The notes below the pieces were generated by a model, which was given only the letters and a program-made list of their open reading frames with translations, ran no database searches and was not told where the DNA came from. The translations under genes and the position numbers were made by a program. A DNA stretch of 28,307 nt from a virus (lineage: Duplodnaviria; Caudoviricetes). This document shows, one piece after another, positions 1-9,985 of this stretch. The stretch lies in IMG/VR virus record IMGVR_UViG_3300020043_004435, positions 1 through 28,307 of that record. One strand, written 5' to 3'. The stretch's first letter is position 1; every line of letters starts with the position of its first letter.

Positions 1-2
1 AC

Positions 3-548
3 AAACTTATGGACCTTCGTGACGAAGTTGAAGCAGCGCAACGCGCAGAACAAAAAGCAATCAAACTTAAAGGGTTTGAAAGTGCTGAAGCTGCTAGAGC
101 CGCTAATTTTAAAACAGATGCCGAAAACAAACTTCGTAGATATACACACGGTAAAGACGCTGCTGATTACGGCCAGAAAGAAAGAGAACTTGCTGATAAA
201 GGTGCACTATATAGGGCTGAGTCTGACTACTATAAAGCTCAGAGTACTTATAAACCTGAAGCGGCAGAATCTAAACAAGGTTTAGAAGAACGCAAATTAG
301 AACAATCTACAGTAGATAGTGTTAGTAAACTACTTGAGCAAAACGCCAAAGACAACAAATATTTTCCTGATAGGTTATTAGAAGGGCAACAAAGAATCCT
401 TGGTGCAGTTCCAGAACCTCTACGCCTTAAATATTTTGGTCATCTAATTAAGCCTATTTCCCAAGGTGCATCTGGTCCTCAACCATTAAGTAGTATGATT
501 GCAGTAGACCCAAAAACTAAAAAACAAGTATATACTGGACCTATGTAA
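3..548 (+). CDS. 5'-truncated virion-associated (probable internal virion) protein
   Basis: The frame is open to the window edge upstream of ATG 9. The sequence is Ala/Glu/Lys-rich and helical, and it lies directly upstream of the giant protein, with RBS AAGGA in the 9-nt gap. Confidence 0.55.
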   Translation, partial: KLMDLRDEVEAAQRAEQKAIKLKGFESAEAARAANFKTDAENKLRRYTHGKDAADYGQKERELADKGALYRAESDYYKAQSTYKPEAAESKQGLEERKLEQSTVDSVSKLLEQNAKDNKYFPDRLLEGQQRILGAVPEPLRLKYFGHLIKPISQGASGPQPLSSMIAVDPKTKKQVYTGPM

Positions 549-557
549 GGATAACTA

Positions 558-3500
558 ATGCAAACTATAGAAATTCCAAATATCGGAGACGTAGAATTCC
601 CTGACGAAATGTCGCAGGATGCTATTGTTAATGCTATTCAAACTCATATTATCCCTGCATATAAAGCACACGTAGAAAAGACAGGTCCGATTAGTGCTAT
701 TTCTGGGGCGTTTAAAAAGAGTATGGCGTCTGCTAATGAAGGTATTGCACAGCCTCTAGAGGAATTTGGGTTTCCTGAAGCAGCCGCTGGTAGACGTAAG
801 GCAGCTGAAGAGTATAAAAATGAAGCGGCGCAAACTTATGAAGGCGTGTCTGATGAAGAGGTAGCCGCAGCTAGACAACAAGGTGTTATTCCTGGTGCAT
901 TAAAATGGGGTGAAAAAGAAATAGTAGAGCCTATAGCTGGTATCGTTGGTCGATATGGAGTTCCTACTGTTGCGGGTATGGCGGCTGGAGCACTTGCTCC
1001 TGAAGCTGCTCTTGGAGTAGGCGCTGCTAGAGCACTTGGTTTTATTGGAACAGATATTGCCCCAGAGATGGGTGAGAATATTGAAGCTGCTAGAGAAGCA
1101 GGTACTGAAGAACCAAGTCTTATTGCAAACGTATCAGGCGGTTTAGTAGAAGCTGCCATTGGGCACTATGGTTTGCCTATAACAGGTAAATTAGCGGGTA
1201 CTCTATTTAAAAGAGCGGAAGAGCTTGCACCTCGTATTCTATCTGGTGAGTTAACTAGAGAAGCGGCTGTTAAAGAATTAGGTGGTTTTGGAATTAATAT
1301 TGCCAAAGAAGTAGGGGCAAACGCAGTATCGAATGCTGCTGCAATGACGGGTATAGAGGCCACACGCCGAGCTGTTACTGGACAAGACGTGACCTCTCCT
1401 GAAGCTTTAGACAAGTACATGGAAGGTGCAGAGACCGCAGCTATCCTATCGCCTGTATTTGGTGGTGCACATGGGGTTATGAATGTTCGAGGTGCGCGTG
1501 GAGCACTGCCAGAAGGTAGAGCAGAAGAGGTTTCAGTAGAAGATACGGCACAGCCACAGCCACAGCCTGCAATGGATGAAAACAGTGGCACGATTAATAT
1601 TAATGGGCAACAAACTGCTTATACTAAAACCGGTGAGCGTGATGACGGAGAGCCGCTGTATACAGTAGACGTTCCTATGCCTGATAGTACGGTGCTTAAA
1701 CAAAATAATCTCACGATGGCGGATATTCTTGAGATGGTTAAAGCAGAACCTCAAGCGCAAGCAGAGGGACAACCTACAGAAAGACCTGCGTTTTCTTCTG
1801 ACCCAGCAGAGCACGGTGATGTTACAGATAGCGAAGTAGCTCAGTATATTACGAGCGTTCAAGAAGGTTCGTTTGACCCTGTCAATGACCCAACTGATGC
1901 TTATATGCATGAAGTAATGAAGATGCAAAAGCCAGAGGTAATAGACTACGCTAACTCTACAGTATCCCCTGAGTCTACAAGACGTAGACCTGTGTCTGAC
2001 GAAGACTTCGATGCATTAAGAGATGAAGAAGCGCCTGAAGAAGCACCTAAAGAAAGTTATGAGGCAAGTCACATACCCTACGAATCTTCAGAAACTCCAG
2101 GGCAAATAGGTGCATCTACGCTTGTTAATTATGCAGGTAGGATGATGACCGTCCGTGATGTTAATGGTACTAAAGTACCTTTCTATTTAAGTTCAGGGCT
2201 TGCTGGTAAAAAGAACGTAGCGTCAGGTAAATGGTACCCATTTTTTGGTGTCGGTAAAGATGGCTGGATAAATAAAACCAGCGAAGCCGATATGAACTCT
2301 TATTATGGAAGCCCTGCATTAAAAGCGGCTGCTGAACATTTAGACAATACCATTGGTGATATACGTAATGATGCTAATGTACCTAGAGTAGGTGCAGAAG
2401 GTCGCCATATGGACTTCATTAATGAAGGACTTACTCCAACAGAGTTTAAATCCCCTGACACCGTAGGTAGGGTAAAACAAAACATAGATAAAATAGTTAG
2501 TTCTGTTGACGCAGTTAAAGAACCTCCTAAAGAACCTGAGATGACGGATGCACAGTTAGCTGCGGCTGAAACGTCTAGTAGAATGTTCCGTACTGCTAAA
2601 ATATTTCATGATGGGTTCCCAGCGGCGGAAGAAGAGTTTGCTTTATATAATACTTCTAGAATTCGCGATGACATGATTAAGAAGTTTAATAAGGTCTTTA
2701 AGCCTTTTTTAACCCCTAAAGAGTTAAAAGGTTTGCGTGAGCATTGGTTTGAAGAAGGTGCACTTGGCGGCGGTGATTTTACAGGCAATGAATACTTTGA
2801 TACAGCGCATAACAACGCTGTTGACATGACGTTGAGAAACTTCAAAGCGGCTAACGAAAAGACTGCTGAATCAACTAAAGAACCTAAGCCTTCTGTTGCT
2901 ACATCTGATATCAATACAGGGCACACTGCAGAGTCTTTGCAGCCTCATTTTACCCCAGAGATGAAACGTCTTGTTGGTAGCGGTAAGCTTACTTTGCACG
3001 ATACTAGAGATACACTACCCGGCGAAGACCATCCAGAAAATGTACAAGGTCTTACAACACCTCAAGGTGAAGTGCATTTAGTTGCCAGTAAGCTTACCCC
3101 AGAGACGCTACCTAAAGTGGCGATGCATGAGATGGGTGTGCACGTTGGTATGAGAGGTATGGTGGGGGATAAAGTCTGGGGTGATTTAACGTCTCAAGCT
3201 CTAACTACTAAGGGCGAAGCGTTTGACCGTGCAAGACAAGCTGTTCCTGAAAATACACCAGAGCATTTAAAAGGCGAAGAGACTCTAGCATACCTAGTTG
3301 AGAACGCGCCTAGACTCCCTATTGTAAAACGTGCAGTATCAGCAATTAAAAACTGGGCACGCACCACATTTGGTGCAAGACTTAGCATTACCGAGTCAGA
3401 TATTCACCACCTTGCAGCTAAAGCACTGCGCAGAGAATCTAAAACTTCTAAACGCTCTACACGCGAAGGTACAGCTTATGCAAGAAAGGCACAGGATAGA

Positions 3501-6500
3501 GAACTAGGTGCACAGTTAGGGCAGAAAGATTTATTTGAGTTTATCAAAGAAGTTGCAAATACGCCTAGAGAAAATTCTCGTATAGGTATGCCTCATGAGC
3601 AAATTCTAAAACGAGTACCAGAACTCACTGAATCTGCGAAGAAGATGATGGATATGTTGTACGATAACGGCATGCTTGTTAGAGGTACAAAAGGGAACTT
3701 AGTTAAAGGGGTATCCAGTAAGGATGTTAAAAATTATGCTTTATCTAACCCAGAGTTTAGAAAGTTAGCAGAAGCACATGACGCTTTAGTTGAAAAATAT
3801 AAACCCGTTGAGCCTTATCAATCTCTACCTACCCCTGCTACAGAAGCTGAAATGCGAGATGTATTAAAAGATAAGCAAGTCGTTAAAATAAATCAGCCTA
3901 TTCCAGACGGGTATAAAGTAAAGTTACGCTTAGATATACCGGCGTATAAAAACGAGGGTGTATGGGTCGTGACTGCTCACGAAGGGAATACCGAAAAGAA
4001 TTCTATATTTGGTGTAAAGGAAGCTACTCCTATTGCCTATTACGGTCATGCTGTTGGAAATAACCCTAAATTTAGTATTGATGAAGTAGATGCATTAAAA
4101 ATAGCTGACAAAACCCGTGATAAATATCCCTTGGCTACGGTTGATGCTGAATACGTTAATATGTCTGCTAAGGAAGCTAAACGACAAGCTGATAATGCAA
4201 TGACTGACCCTGATTGGGTGCAAGTGGGTATGGACCCAGAACGCCATTCGTACTTCTACGATAGAAAAACTATGCAACCTGTAAAATCGGGCTCAAAGGT
4301 TATTCAAATCGGAAGTATTTTGATGGTAAAAGACCCTGTATACGGTAAGAAATCAGAGTACGTGTACTCTACACACAAAGACCCTTTAATTAATGATGTG
4401 TTTAAAGAAAGCAACAGAACAACGAAAGTTGATTCTGACCCTACTTTGCATGAGTCTATAGCTAAAGCTGTTAAACGCTACACGCCTACACGTATTTCAT
4501 GGATTGACCCTACTGACAAGATTGGGTACTTGTTAAGAAGTTTAGATACGTTTGACGTACTAAGTAAAAAGCTTCGTGCAGATAGACTGATTCAACAGAC
4601 TAAACAATTAGGACAAGTTATCAGAGCGGTAGAAGAGCTTGGTGTTCCTGTGCTTAAAGGTGACGGTACTGTAGGTGTTAAAACAGATATGCGCCTTGCA
4701 TTAAGTGAAATCCATAATCGCGCTGTAGAGTTAGGTAAGAAACATAAGTTTGACGGTCCTCAGCTTATTGATGAAGTTGCCAGAACTATGCTTGGTAAAG
4801 AAACGCTTGCTGAAGATGCAAAGCTCCGTGCGTATGGTCAACATTTAAAATCACTTGCAGATACTCATAAGCAGACTGCCAAGCATATGGCGGCTCAAGG
4901 AAACTACTCAGTAAGTGAAATAAATAAAGAACTACGAACAGCCGACCAATTAAATAAGAAAGCTAAAGAGTACTTATCTATAGATAGAGAAAAGGTGGTG
5001 ACGCCTGCTCACATTACTCGAATTGAAGCGGTTATGAAGAAGTATCCTGAAACAAAAGTTATTCTTGATGACATTCGAGACTTGCTACGCTCTCATGTAA
5101 AGTTAGCCCATGCAACAGGATTAATCGATGCACATACCGCAAGGAAGTGGAATAGTAAAAAAGACTATATCCCTATGTACAAGCCTGAAGACTTAGAGTC
5201 CTTTGAGAACGAAGGGTCAAGTTGGGGTATTGGTATGGGGTCTAAAACAATTAAGAACGCTGCAGATTATAGACGTGAAGGTCATTTACATAAAATTAAT
5301 GTTTGGGATAACTTGCAAAAACATACTGCTCTTATGGTGGCATCGTCAGCGCAAAATGAAATGCGTAGAACGGCTGTTAGTCAGTTATCTAAGTTTGGTG
5401 AAGTAGTTAAAGCTAAAGACCAAGGACGTACCAGTGTAGATGGTAACTTAGCTCTCTATGAAAATGGAGTTAAAACATGGTACATCGTAAAAGACCCCGA
5501 TGCTTTAGTTGCATTTCAAAACTTTAATTATGGGGCTAAACCGCTTATGCAGATGGCTGGAAAGATGCTTCGAGTAGGCGCGTTGTATAATCCTATATAT
5601 TGGTATCGCCAGCTTGTGCGTGACCCGCTTGCCGCAAACTTAGTAGCTAACGTAGGAGGTATTGTTACGCCTTTCCATACAGTAGCACAGCTTGCACATA
5701 TTCTATCTGGGCGCTCGACTAACTTTAAAACGCTTAGAGAACATGGCGTAGTAGGTCCAGTAGATTTAACGCACAACTATAACTCTATGCAAGACCAGAT
5801 TGGCAAAGCAATGAGCTACGATAAAAATATATGGAATACAATTAAAAACCAACTAATCCGTGTTCATGAAGCGTCTGACTCTGCTACTCGTGTAGCTCTA
5901 TATAACAACGCGCTTAAAGATGCTAAAAAACTTGGGCTGTCTGGTCAAGATGCGGAAAACTATGCAGCGCATAGAGCGCGAGACTCGATTAACTTTGCGG
6001 TACATGGAACATCTGAAGCATTGCACACTATTCGTGTATCTACTCCTTTCTTTTCATCAACGCTTAACGGTTTAGATACTGTATATCGAGCGGCTAAACA
6101 ACATAACTTGAGCCCTAGAGAAAGTAAAGAGCTTAGAAACCGTTTTTATAGTCGGGCTTTAATGATGAGTACAATGACTGCTATGTACACTATTCTCTTG
6201 CAAGATGATGAAGCTTATAAAGATATGCCTGCTAGTGAGAAGGATGGTAATTGGCTTGTCCCTACAGGCAAAGATAAAAACGGAAAGACTATTTTCTTTA
6301 AAGTGCCTGCGCCTTTTGAGGTTGGGTTTTTATTTAAGACTCTGCCTGAGCTAATGGTTAATAGACTGAATGGCGATGCAACTAACAAAGAGGTATTTAG
6401 GTCGGTTAGAGACGGGTTAATTGCAAACGCTTTACCTCCAATACCTATTGTTCCTCAATTACTAAAACCTTTAGTAGAGACTGTAACCAACTATGACTTA

Positions 6501-7103
6501 CATAATATGCGCCCTATTGAGTCAGCTAATGAGCTTAATAAAATGGTAGAGTCTCGCGGTGAAGGTGAAAATGCATTCTACGACTGGTTAAGTAAAGACC
6601 TAAAACTTAAGGAGATTAGCCTAAGCCCTAAGAAAGTACAGCATTTGTGGCAAGGATACTTTGCACAGTTAGGGGCGGTTACAGCTTCTTTGGCTGACTC
6701 TCTTATTACATCTGCTAAAGGCGAAGGTAAAACTCCTGTAAACCCTGAATCTGGATTACTTAAAGGAATCCTTACTGACCCTACCAAAAGTAAATATAAA
6801 ACTGAATTCTACGATATGGCTAATGACGCCGCAAAAATTGTTAATTCACTTAATAGCTACGATTCAACTGGTCAAGGGGAAAAAGTGAAGGAGATGGTAG
6901 CTAAACCAGAAACTAAAAGGGCGCTCCAAGTGCACGATATGTCGTCTAAAGCAGAATTAGATATTGCAGATATTAGGGAAGCGATAAACACTCTTAAACA
7001 CAGACCTGATTCTCCTGAGAACAGAGAGAAGATACGTAATCTAAAACTGACAGAGAATAAGATTGCTAAAAGTGTAGTGAAGGCATCTGAAAAAATTAAA
7101 TAA
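558..7103 (+). CDS. Giant (2181 aa) polyvalent internal virion/ejection protein with a zincin-like HExxxH domain and a C-terminal LPD38-like domain
   Basis: N-terminal 'IEIPNIGDVEFPDEMSQDAI' followed by a Gly/Ala-rich region typical of ejection proteins. HEMGVH...EETLAY lies at about nt 3126-3295. The C-terminal 'YKDMPASEKDGNWLVP...KVPAPFEVGFLFKTLPE...LKPLVETVTNYD' resembles LPD38. Confidence 0.75.
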   Translation: MQTIEIPNIGDVEFPDEMSQDAIVNAIQTHIIPAYKAHVEKTGPISAISGAFKKSMASANEGIAQPLEEFGFPEAAAGRRKAAEEYKNEAAQTYEGVSDEEVAAARQQGVIPGALKWGEKEIVEPIAGIVGRYGVPTVAGMAAGALAPEAALGVGAARALGFIGTDIAPEMGENIEAAREAGTEEPSLIANVSGGLVEAAIGHYGLPITGKLAGTLFKRAEELAPRILSGELTREAAVKELGGFGINIAKEVGANAVSNAAAMTGIEATRRAVTGQDVTSPEALDKYMEGAETAAILSPVFGGAHGVMNVRGARGALPEGRAEEVSVEDTAQPQPQPAMDENSGTININGQQTAYTKTGERDDGEPLYTVDVPMPDSTVLKQNNLTMADILEMVKAEPQAQAEGQPTERPAFSSDPAEHGDVTDSEVAQYITSVQEGSFDPVNDPTDAYMHEVMKMQKPEVIDYANSTVSPESTRRRPVSDEDFDALRDEEAPEEAPKESYEASHIPYESSETPGQIGASTLVNYAGRMMTVRDVNGTKVPFYLSSGLAGKKNVASGKWYPFFGVGKDGWINKTSEADMNSYYGSPALKAAAEHLDNTIGDIRNDANVPRVGAEGRHMDFINEGLTPTEFKSPDTVGRVKQNIDKIVSSVDAVKEPPKEPEMTDAQLAAAETSSRMFRTAKIFHDGFPAAEEEFALYNTSRIRDDMIKKFNKVFKPFLTPKELKGLREHWFEEGALGGGDFTGNEYFDTAHNNAVDMTLRNFKAANEKTAESTKEPKPSVATSDINTGHTAESLQPHFTPEMKRLVGSGKLTLHDTRDTLPGEDHPENVQGLTTPQGEVHLVASKLTPETLPKVAMHEMGVHVGMRGMVGDKVWGDLTSQALTTKGEAFDRARQAVPENTPEHLKGEETLAYLVENAPRLPIVKRAVSAIKNWARTTFGARLSITESDIHHLAAKALRRESKTSKRSTREGTAYARKAQDRELGAQLGQKDLFEFIKEVANTPRENSRIGMPHEQILKRVPELTESAKKMMDMLYDNGMLVRGTKGNLVKGVSSKDVKNYALSNPEFRKLAEAHDALVEKYKPVEPYQSLPTPATEAEMRDVLKDKQVVKINQPIPDGYKVKLRLDIPAYKNEGVWVVTAHEGNTEKNSIFGVKEATPIAYYGHAVGNNPKFSIDEVDALKIADKTRDKYPLATVDAEYVNMSAKEAKRQADNAMTDPDWVQVGMDPERHSYFYDRKTMQPVKSGSKVIQIGSILMVKDPVYGKKSEYVYSTHKDPLINDVFKESNRTTKVDSDPTLHESIAKAVKRYTPTRISWIDPTDKIGYLLRSLDTFDVLSKKLRADRLIQQTKQLGQVIRAVEELGVPVLKGDGTVGVKTDMRLALSEIHNRAVELGKKHKFDGPQLIDEVARTMLGKETLAEDAKLRAYGQHLKSLADTHKQTAKHMAAQGNYSVSEINKELRTADQLNKKAKEYLSIDREKVVTPAHITRIEAVMKKYPETKVILDDIRDLLRSHVKLAHATGLIDAHTARKWNSKKDYIPMYKPEDLESFENEGSSWGIGMGSKTIKNAADYRREGHLHKINVWDNLQKHTALMVASSAQNEMRRTAVSQLSKFGEVVKAKDQGRTSVDGNLALYENGVKTWYIVKDPDALVAFQNFNYGAKPLMQMAGKMLRVGALYNPIYWYRQLVRDPLAANLVANVGGIVTPFHTVAQLAHILSGRSTNFKTLREHGVVGPVDLTHNYNSMQDQIGKAMSYDKNIWNTIKNQLIRVHEASDSATRVALYNNALKDAKKLGLSGQDAENYAAHRARDSINFAVHGTSEALHTIRVSTPFFSSTLNGLDTVYRAAKQHNLSPRESKELRNRFYSRALMMSTMTAMYTILLQDDEAYKDMPASEKDGNWLVPTGKDKNGKTIFFKVPAPFEVGFLFKTLPELMVNRLNGDATNKEVFRSVRDGLIANALPPIPIVPQLLKPLVETVTNYDLHNMRPIESANELNKMVESRGEGENAFYDWLSKDLKLKEISLSPKKVQHLWQGYFAQLGAVTASLADSLITSAKGEGKTPVNPESGLLKGILTDPTKSKYKTEFYDMANDAAKIVNSLNSYDSTGQGEKVKEMVAKPETKRALQVHDMSSKAELDIADIREAINTLKHRPDSPENREKIRNLKLTENKIAKSVVKASEKIK

Positions 7104-7131
7104 AAGAGAGGGGGCATATGCCCCCTTTTTT
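7102..7131. terminator. Bidirectional intrinsic terminator between the convergent arms
   Basis: Perfect inverted repeat GGGGGCATATGCCCCC (7110-7125) with an A-rich left flank and a T6 right flank, between two convergent stop codons. Confidence 0.85.
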
Positions 7132-9919
7132 ACCCCATCTGTGTGGTATCAAGTACCAAGGCAAATACTGCAGGGCTATCCTGCACCGTTCCTGCGGACA
7201 TCCTAACCTTAGCTGTATCTATTAGGATACCTACCTTTTTTAAATCATCTACGAGACACTTGTAGGATATCTGTTTCTTGGCACACCATGACTTCATCAC
7301 TGACGATATAATATAGGCTCTATGCGTATCTGGCTCCCTGCGTATCACAAGAGCGCCGCGTGGAGTTTCAATCGGTACACTAAGCACACCAGATATGTTA
7401 GGTGCTTTGTTATTTATTACTAGTTGATTTTGTATATGCTCAGACATGAACAGCCCTAAGTTAGCAGATGCTTTATCTTCTTGCACCTTTACTACTTTCT
7501 TAGCGTGTCCGAGTTTAGATATCAGATAGTCAATTACAGGCTCAACAGGGATATTAATAATACCAAGTTCATTAGCAAGCTTCCCACCAAATATAGCCGT
7601 TGCAACTAATGCAGAGTAATAGCGGTCTCGTTGATATAGGTTAGCTTTAGCATCAAACTCGCGTTGGCATTCAAACAAATTATTAACAGACTCTTCATAG
7701 TTATCTAAGATAGCTTGTACAATCATATCCCCTGCATGACCGTAGTTGTTTACAAGGTCTCTACTAAATAGCTGGTCAGATTCCTGCTTAGTAAGTGCAT
7801 CAGCACGGACTACTTCAAGCTCTAAGATACGCAGTATCTCGCCCTCTGGGTCAGCCTTTAATGTTTGTAGTACTTCATGCAAGCTGTTGTTACCAGACGT
7901 GATGCAAGGCATAGACCATGTTGTATTGTTAATTCTCTCAATGTTAGCAGAAGAGCTCATACGGTTTCTACCACGACCATTAGTAATACCAAATGCCAAG
8001 TCACTAATCTCATCAGCAGGTAAATTAGTTAGCTCATCAATGCAGAGAATAAGGTTTTGGATAATACCCATACGTTGATACTTAGCAAGAATCTTATCGT
8101 CATTTACTAGCATAGTTTTCGTAGGGTGACCCCATACGCTGTTAGCCACATACTGAATAGTCGATTTACCTACACCTGATGATGCATTAGTTAAGTGAAG
8201 CATAGCACCACCCAGCGAGAAGGTTCTAAACATAGGAGCGCCCAAACTTAGAAATAATGCAAATGCTCGTACTTCGTTTCCTGGAAGACCATAAGTGTTT
8301 ACTACGCTAGACCATGCTTCAAGAGACCCTTCTTTAGTGTACACTTTCGCGGCTTGTTGTGTGGTAGCTGAAGGCGGGCTGTACCTAGGTGGTGTGCCTT
8401 TTGAAAGTTCTCGTGCACCAATAACAAATGATGCATTATCAGGCGACCATCCAAACTGCACCCTAACGTGCTCTGCTCTTGTTGTGTTCTGTAAATGTTT
8501 AGTCCAAGCTACTAGATACGCCATAATTAATTTCATCTGATTAGTATGAGCGGCAATACCTTTATGAGACAGAAGCTCACGGCATTTGTCACCCGCTGTT
8601 ACAGTTGCAAGAGGAGCAATAAAATCACTTACGCCATCGTGTGGACGAATAAGGCGCATATGCAATACCTCTCCATCATTTGGGTCAGTACGTCTACCTA
8701 CTACATAAAAATCGTTTTCATATACTAAAGCCTTATCTGTATCCTCATCATCACCACCATCGATTACACTCTTGACGTACACGCCGCCATTAGGTCCTCT
8801 GGTGTATGGGTATGGGTATTGGGGAATCTCTATATCTATTGTGCCAAGTTCTTTACTCTCTGCGGTAATCAGATTATCTGAGGGCGATGCTTCTAATATG
8901 TCTCTACCTAGCATTAAGGGCGTTGTTATGCTCCCAATATGTTTACAGCCTACGCACATCTGAGGGTTAATAGTATTAAATGTTTCGCATAGGTGAGGGC
9001 CTTTTATTAACGCCGCTTTTCTTTCTGTCTCTGCAGGGTCGTACTCATCATGAGCACGAGATATCTTATGTATGGCGGTGTCGTTATCTACGCAAAATTG
9101 TGCAATGGAAAGTCCTGCTCTCCAAAGAGGCTCTGATATTTCATTTTGGTTTTGATATATATGTAGGAGCTGTGCACACCCATTTCCTATAACACTCTTT
9201 TGCATGATACGAGAAAACTTATAGATTATGTTCCCAAGAAGCGCACGAGTGGTCTCATTTAACGTAACATTTGACGCGGCAAGCTCTGCTTGTGCTAGAG
9301 GACTTAGTGAATCTTTAGGTTCTAATGTCTCTTTAAGTAAATCGATAGGTACGGGATGCCCTAGTGATATCACCTCAACGTCCATTACTTCGCCACGTTT
9401 AAAGTTTTTAGTGTTGGGTATCCGTAGGATACGAGCCGCATCAGTTGTGATGCCTTTATCTTTAACAGCAAACCGTTCAAAGTTAATGCGGTTTACTAAT
9501 GCAGTAGCTAAAGGTTTCCAATCGTTGTAGTCAACTTCTTCCTCAAACGCCCAGTAAATATGCATACCATAACCTGAAGACACAATGGTCGGCTTAGGTA
9601 GTTTTACTGCACTACAAAACTCTTTTAGGGCTTTTATACCCTCTAGCTGGGAGGCGAACTCAGTACCCTTACCGATATCTAAATCAATCCATATAGACTT
9701 AAACATCCGTGTGTTCTTAGCACTTCTACTAATTGCAGACTGATAGGTAGCAGGAGAGAAATAGACATCTACTCCAGCCGTGGATTGTTCCTCTGACCAT
9801 ACTGATACTTCTTCAATAGTGCTAAAGAATAGTTGGTTTACTTTGTTTTTATGTATCCCTACAGCGCAGTACAAACCGCCTTGCGCTAATACGGACTCTA
9901 GAAAATCTATCCTGTTCAT
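7130..9919 (-). CDS. DNA primase-helicase (AEP/RepB-type primase, Cys cluster, DUF927-like domain, P-loop helicase)
   Basis: Primase motifs WIDLD, SSGYGMHIYW and DAARILRIP; Cys cluster GPHLC...CVGC; Walker A SSGVGKST; Walker B LCIDE. Start moved to ATG 9919 (MNRIDF), which lies downstream of a terminator and has an AGGTG RBS. Confidence 0.85.
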   Translation of the reverse strand: MNRIDFLESVLAQGGLYCAVGIHKNKVNQLFFSTIEEVSVWSEEQSTAGVDVYFSPATYQSAISRSAKNTRMFKSIWIDLDIGKGTEFASQLEGIKALKEFCSAVKLPKPTIVSSGYGMHIYWAFEEEVDYNDWKPLATALVNRINFERFAVKDKGITTDAARILRIPNTKNFKRGEVMDVEVISLGHPVPIDLLKETLEPKDSLSPLAQAELAASNVTLNETTRALLGNIIYKFSRIMQKSVIGNGCAQLLHIYQNQNEISEPLWRAGLSIAQFCVDNDTAIHKISRAHDEYDPAETERKAALIKGPHLCETFNTINPQMCVGCKHIGSITTPLMLGRDILEASPSDNLITAESKELGTIDIEIPQYPYPYTRGPNGGVYVKSVIDGGDDEDTDKALVYENDFYVVGRRTDPNDGEVLHMRLIRPHDGVSDFIAPLATVTAGDKCRELLSHKGIAAHTNQMKLIMAYLVAWTKHLQNTTRAEHVRVQFGWSPDNASFVIGARELSKGTPPRYSPPSATTQQAAKVYTKEGSLEAWSSVVNTYGLPGNEVRAFALFLSLGAPMFRTFSLGGAMLHLTNASSGVGKSTIQYVANSVWGHPTKTMLVNDDKILAKYQRMGIIQNLILCIDELTNLPADEISDLAFGITNGRGRNRMSSSANIERINNTTWSMPCITSGNNSLHEVLQTLKADPEGEILRILELEVVRADALTKQESDQLFSRDLVNNYGHAGDMIVQAILDNYEESVNNLFECQREFDAKANLYQRDRYYSALVATAIFGGKLANELGIINIPVEPVIDYLISKLGHAKKVVKVQEDKASANLGLFMSEHIQNQLVINNKAPNISGVLSVPIETPRGALVIRREPDTHRAYIISSVMKSWCAKKQISYKCLVDDLKKVGILIDTAKVRMSAGTVQDSPAVFALVLDTTQMG

Positions 9920-9940
9920 GGCTACACCTAAAATTGGGGT

Positions 9941-9969
9941 AAAAAAAGGGGCGGTGCTATCCGCCCCTT
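9941..9969 (-). terminator. Intrinsic terminator after the SSB gene
   Basis: The minus strand reads AAGGGGCGG-atagca-CCGCCCC-TTTTTTT. Confidence 0.85.
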
Positions 9970-9985
9970 CTAGCAATTGCAAAGC

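Noticed and set aside
836-7117. Minus-strand ORFs inside the giant + strand gene
   Set aside because: They are antisense shadows of a long coding frame, with no RBS or recognisable motifs.
9920-9982. N-terminal extension of the primase ORF from TTG 9982
   Set aside because: It runs through the intrinsic terminator, whereas ATG 9919 has an RBS.
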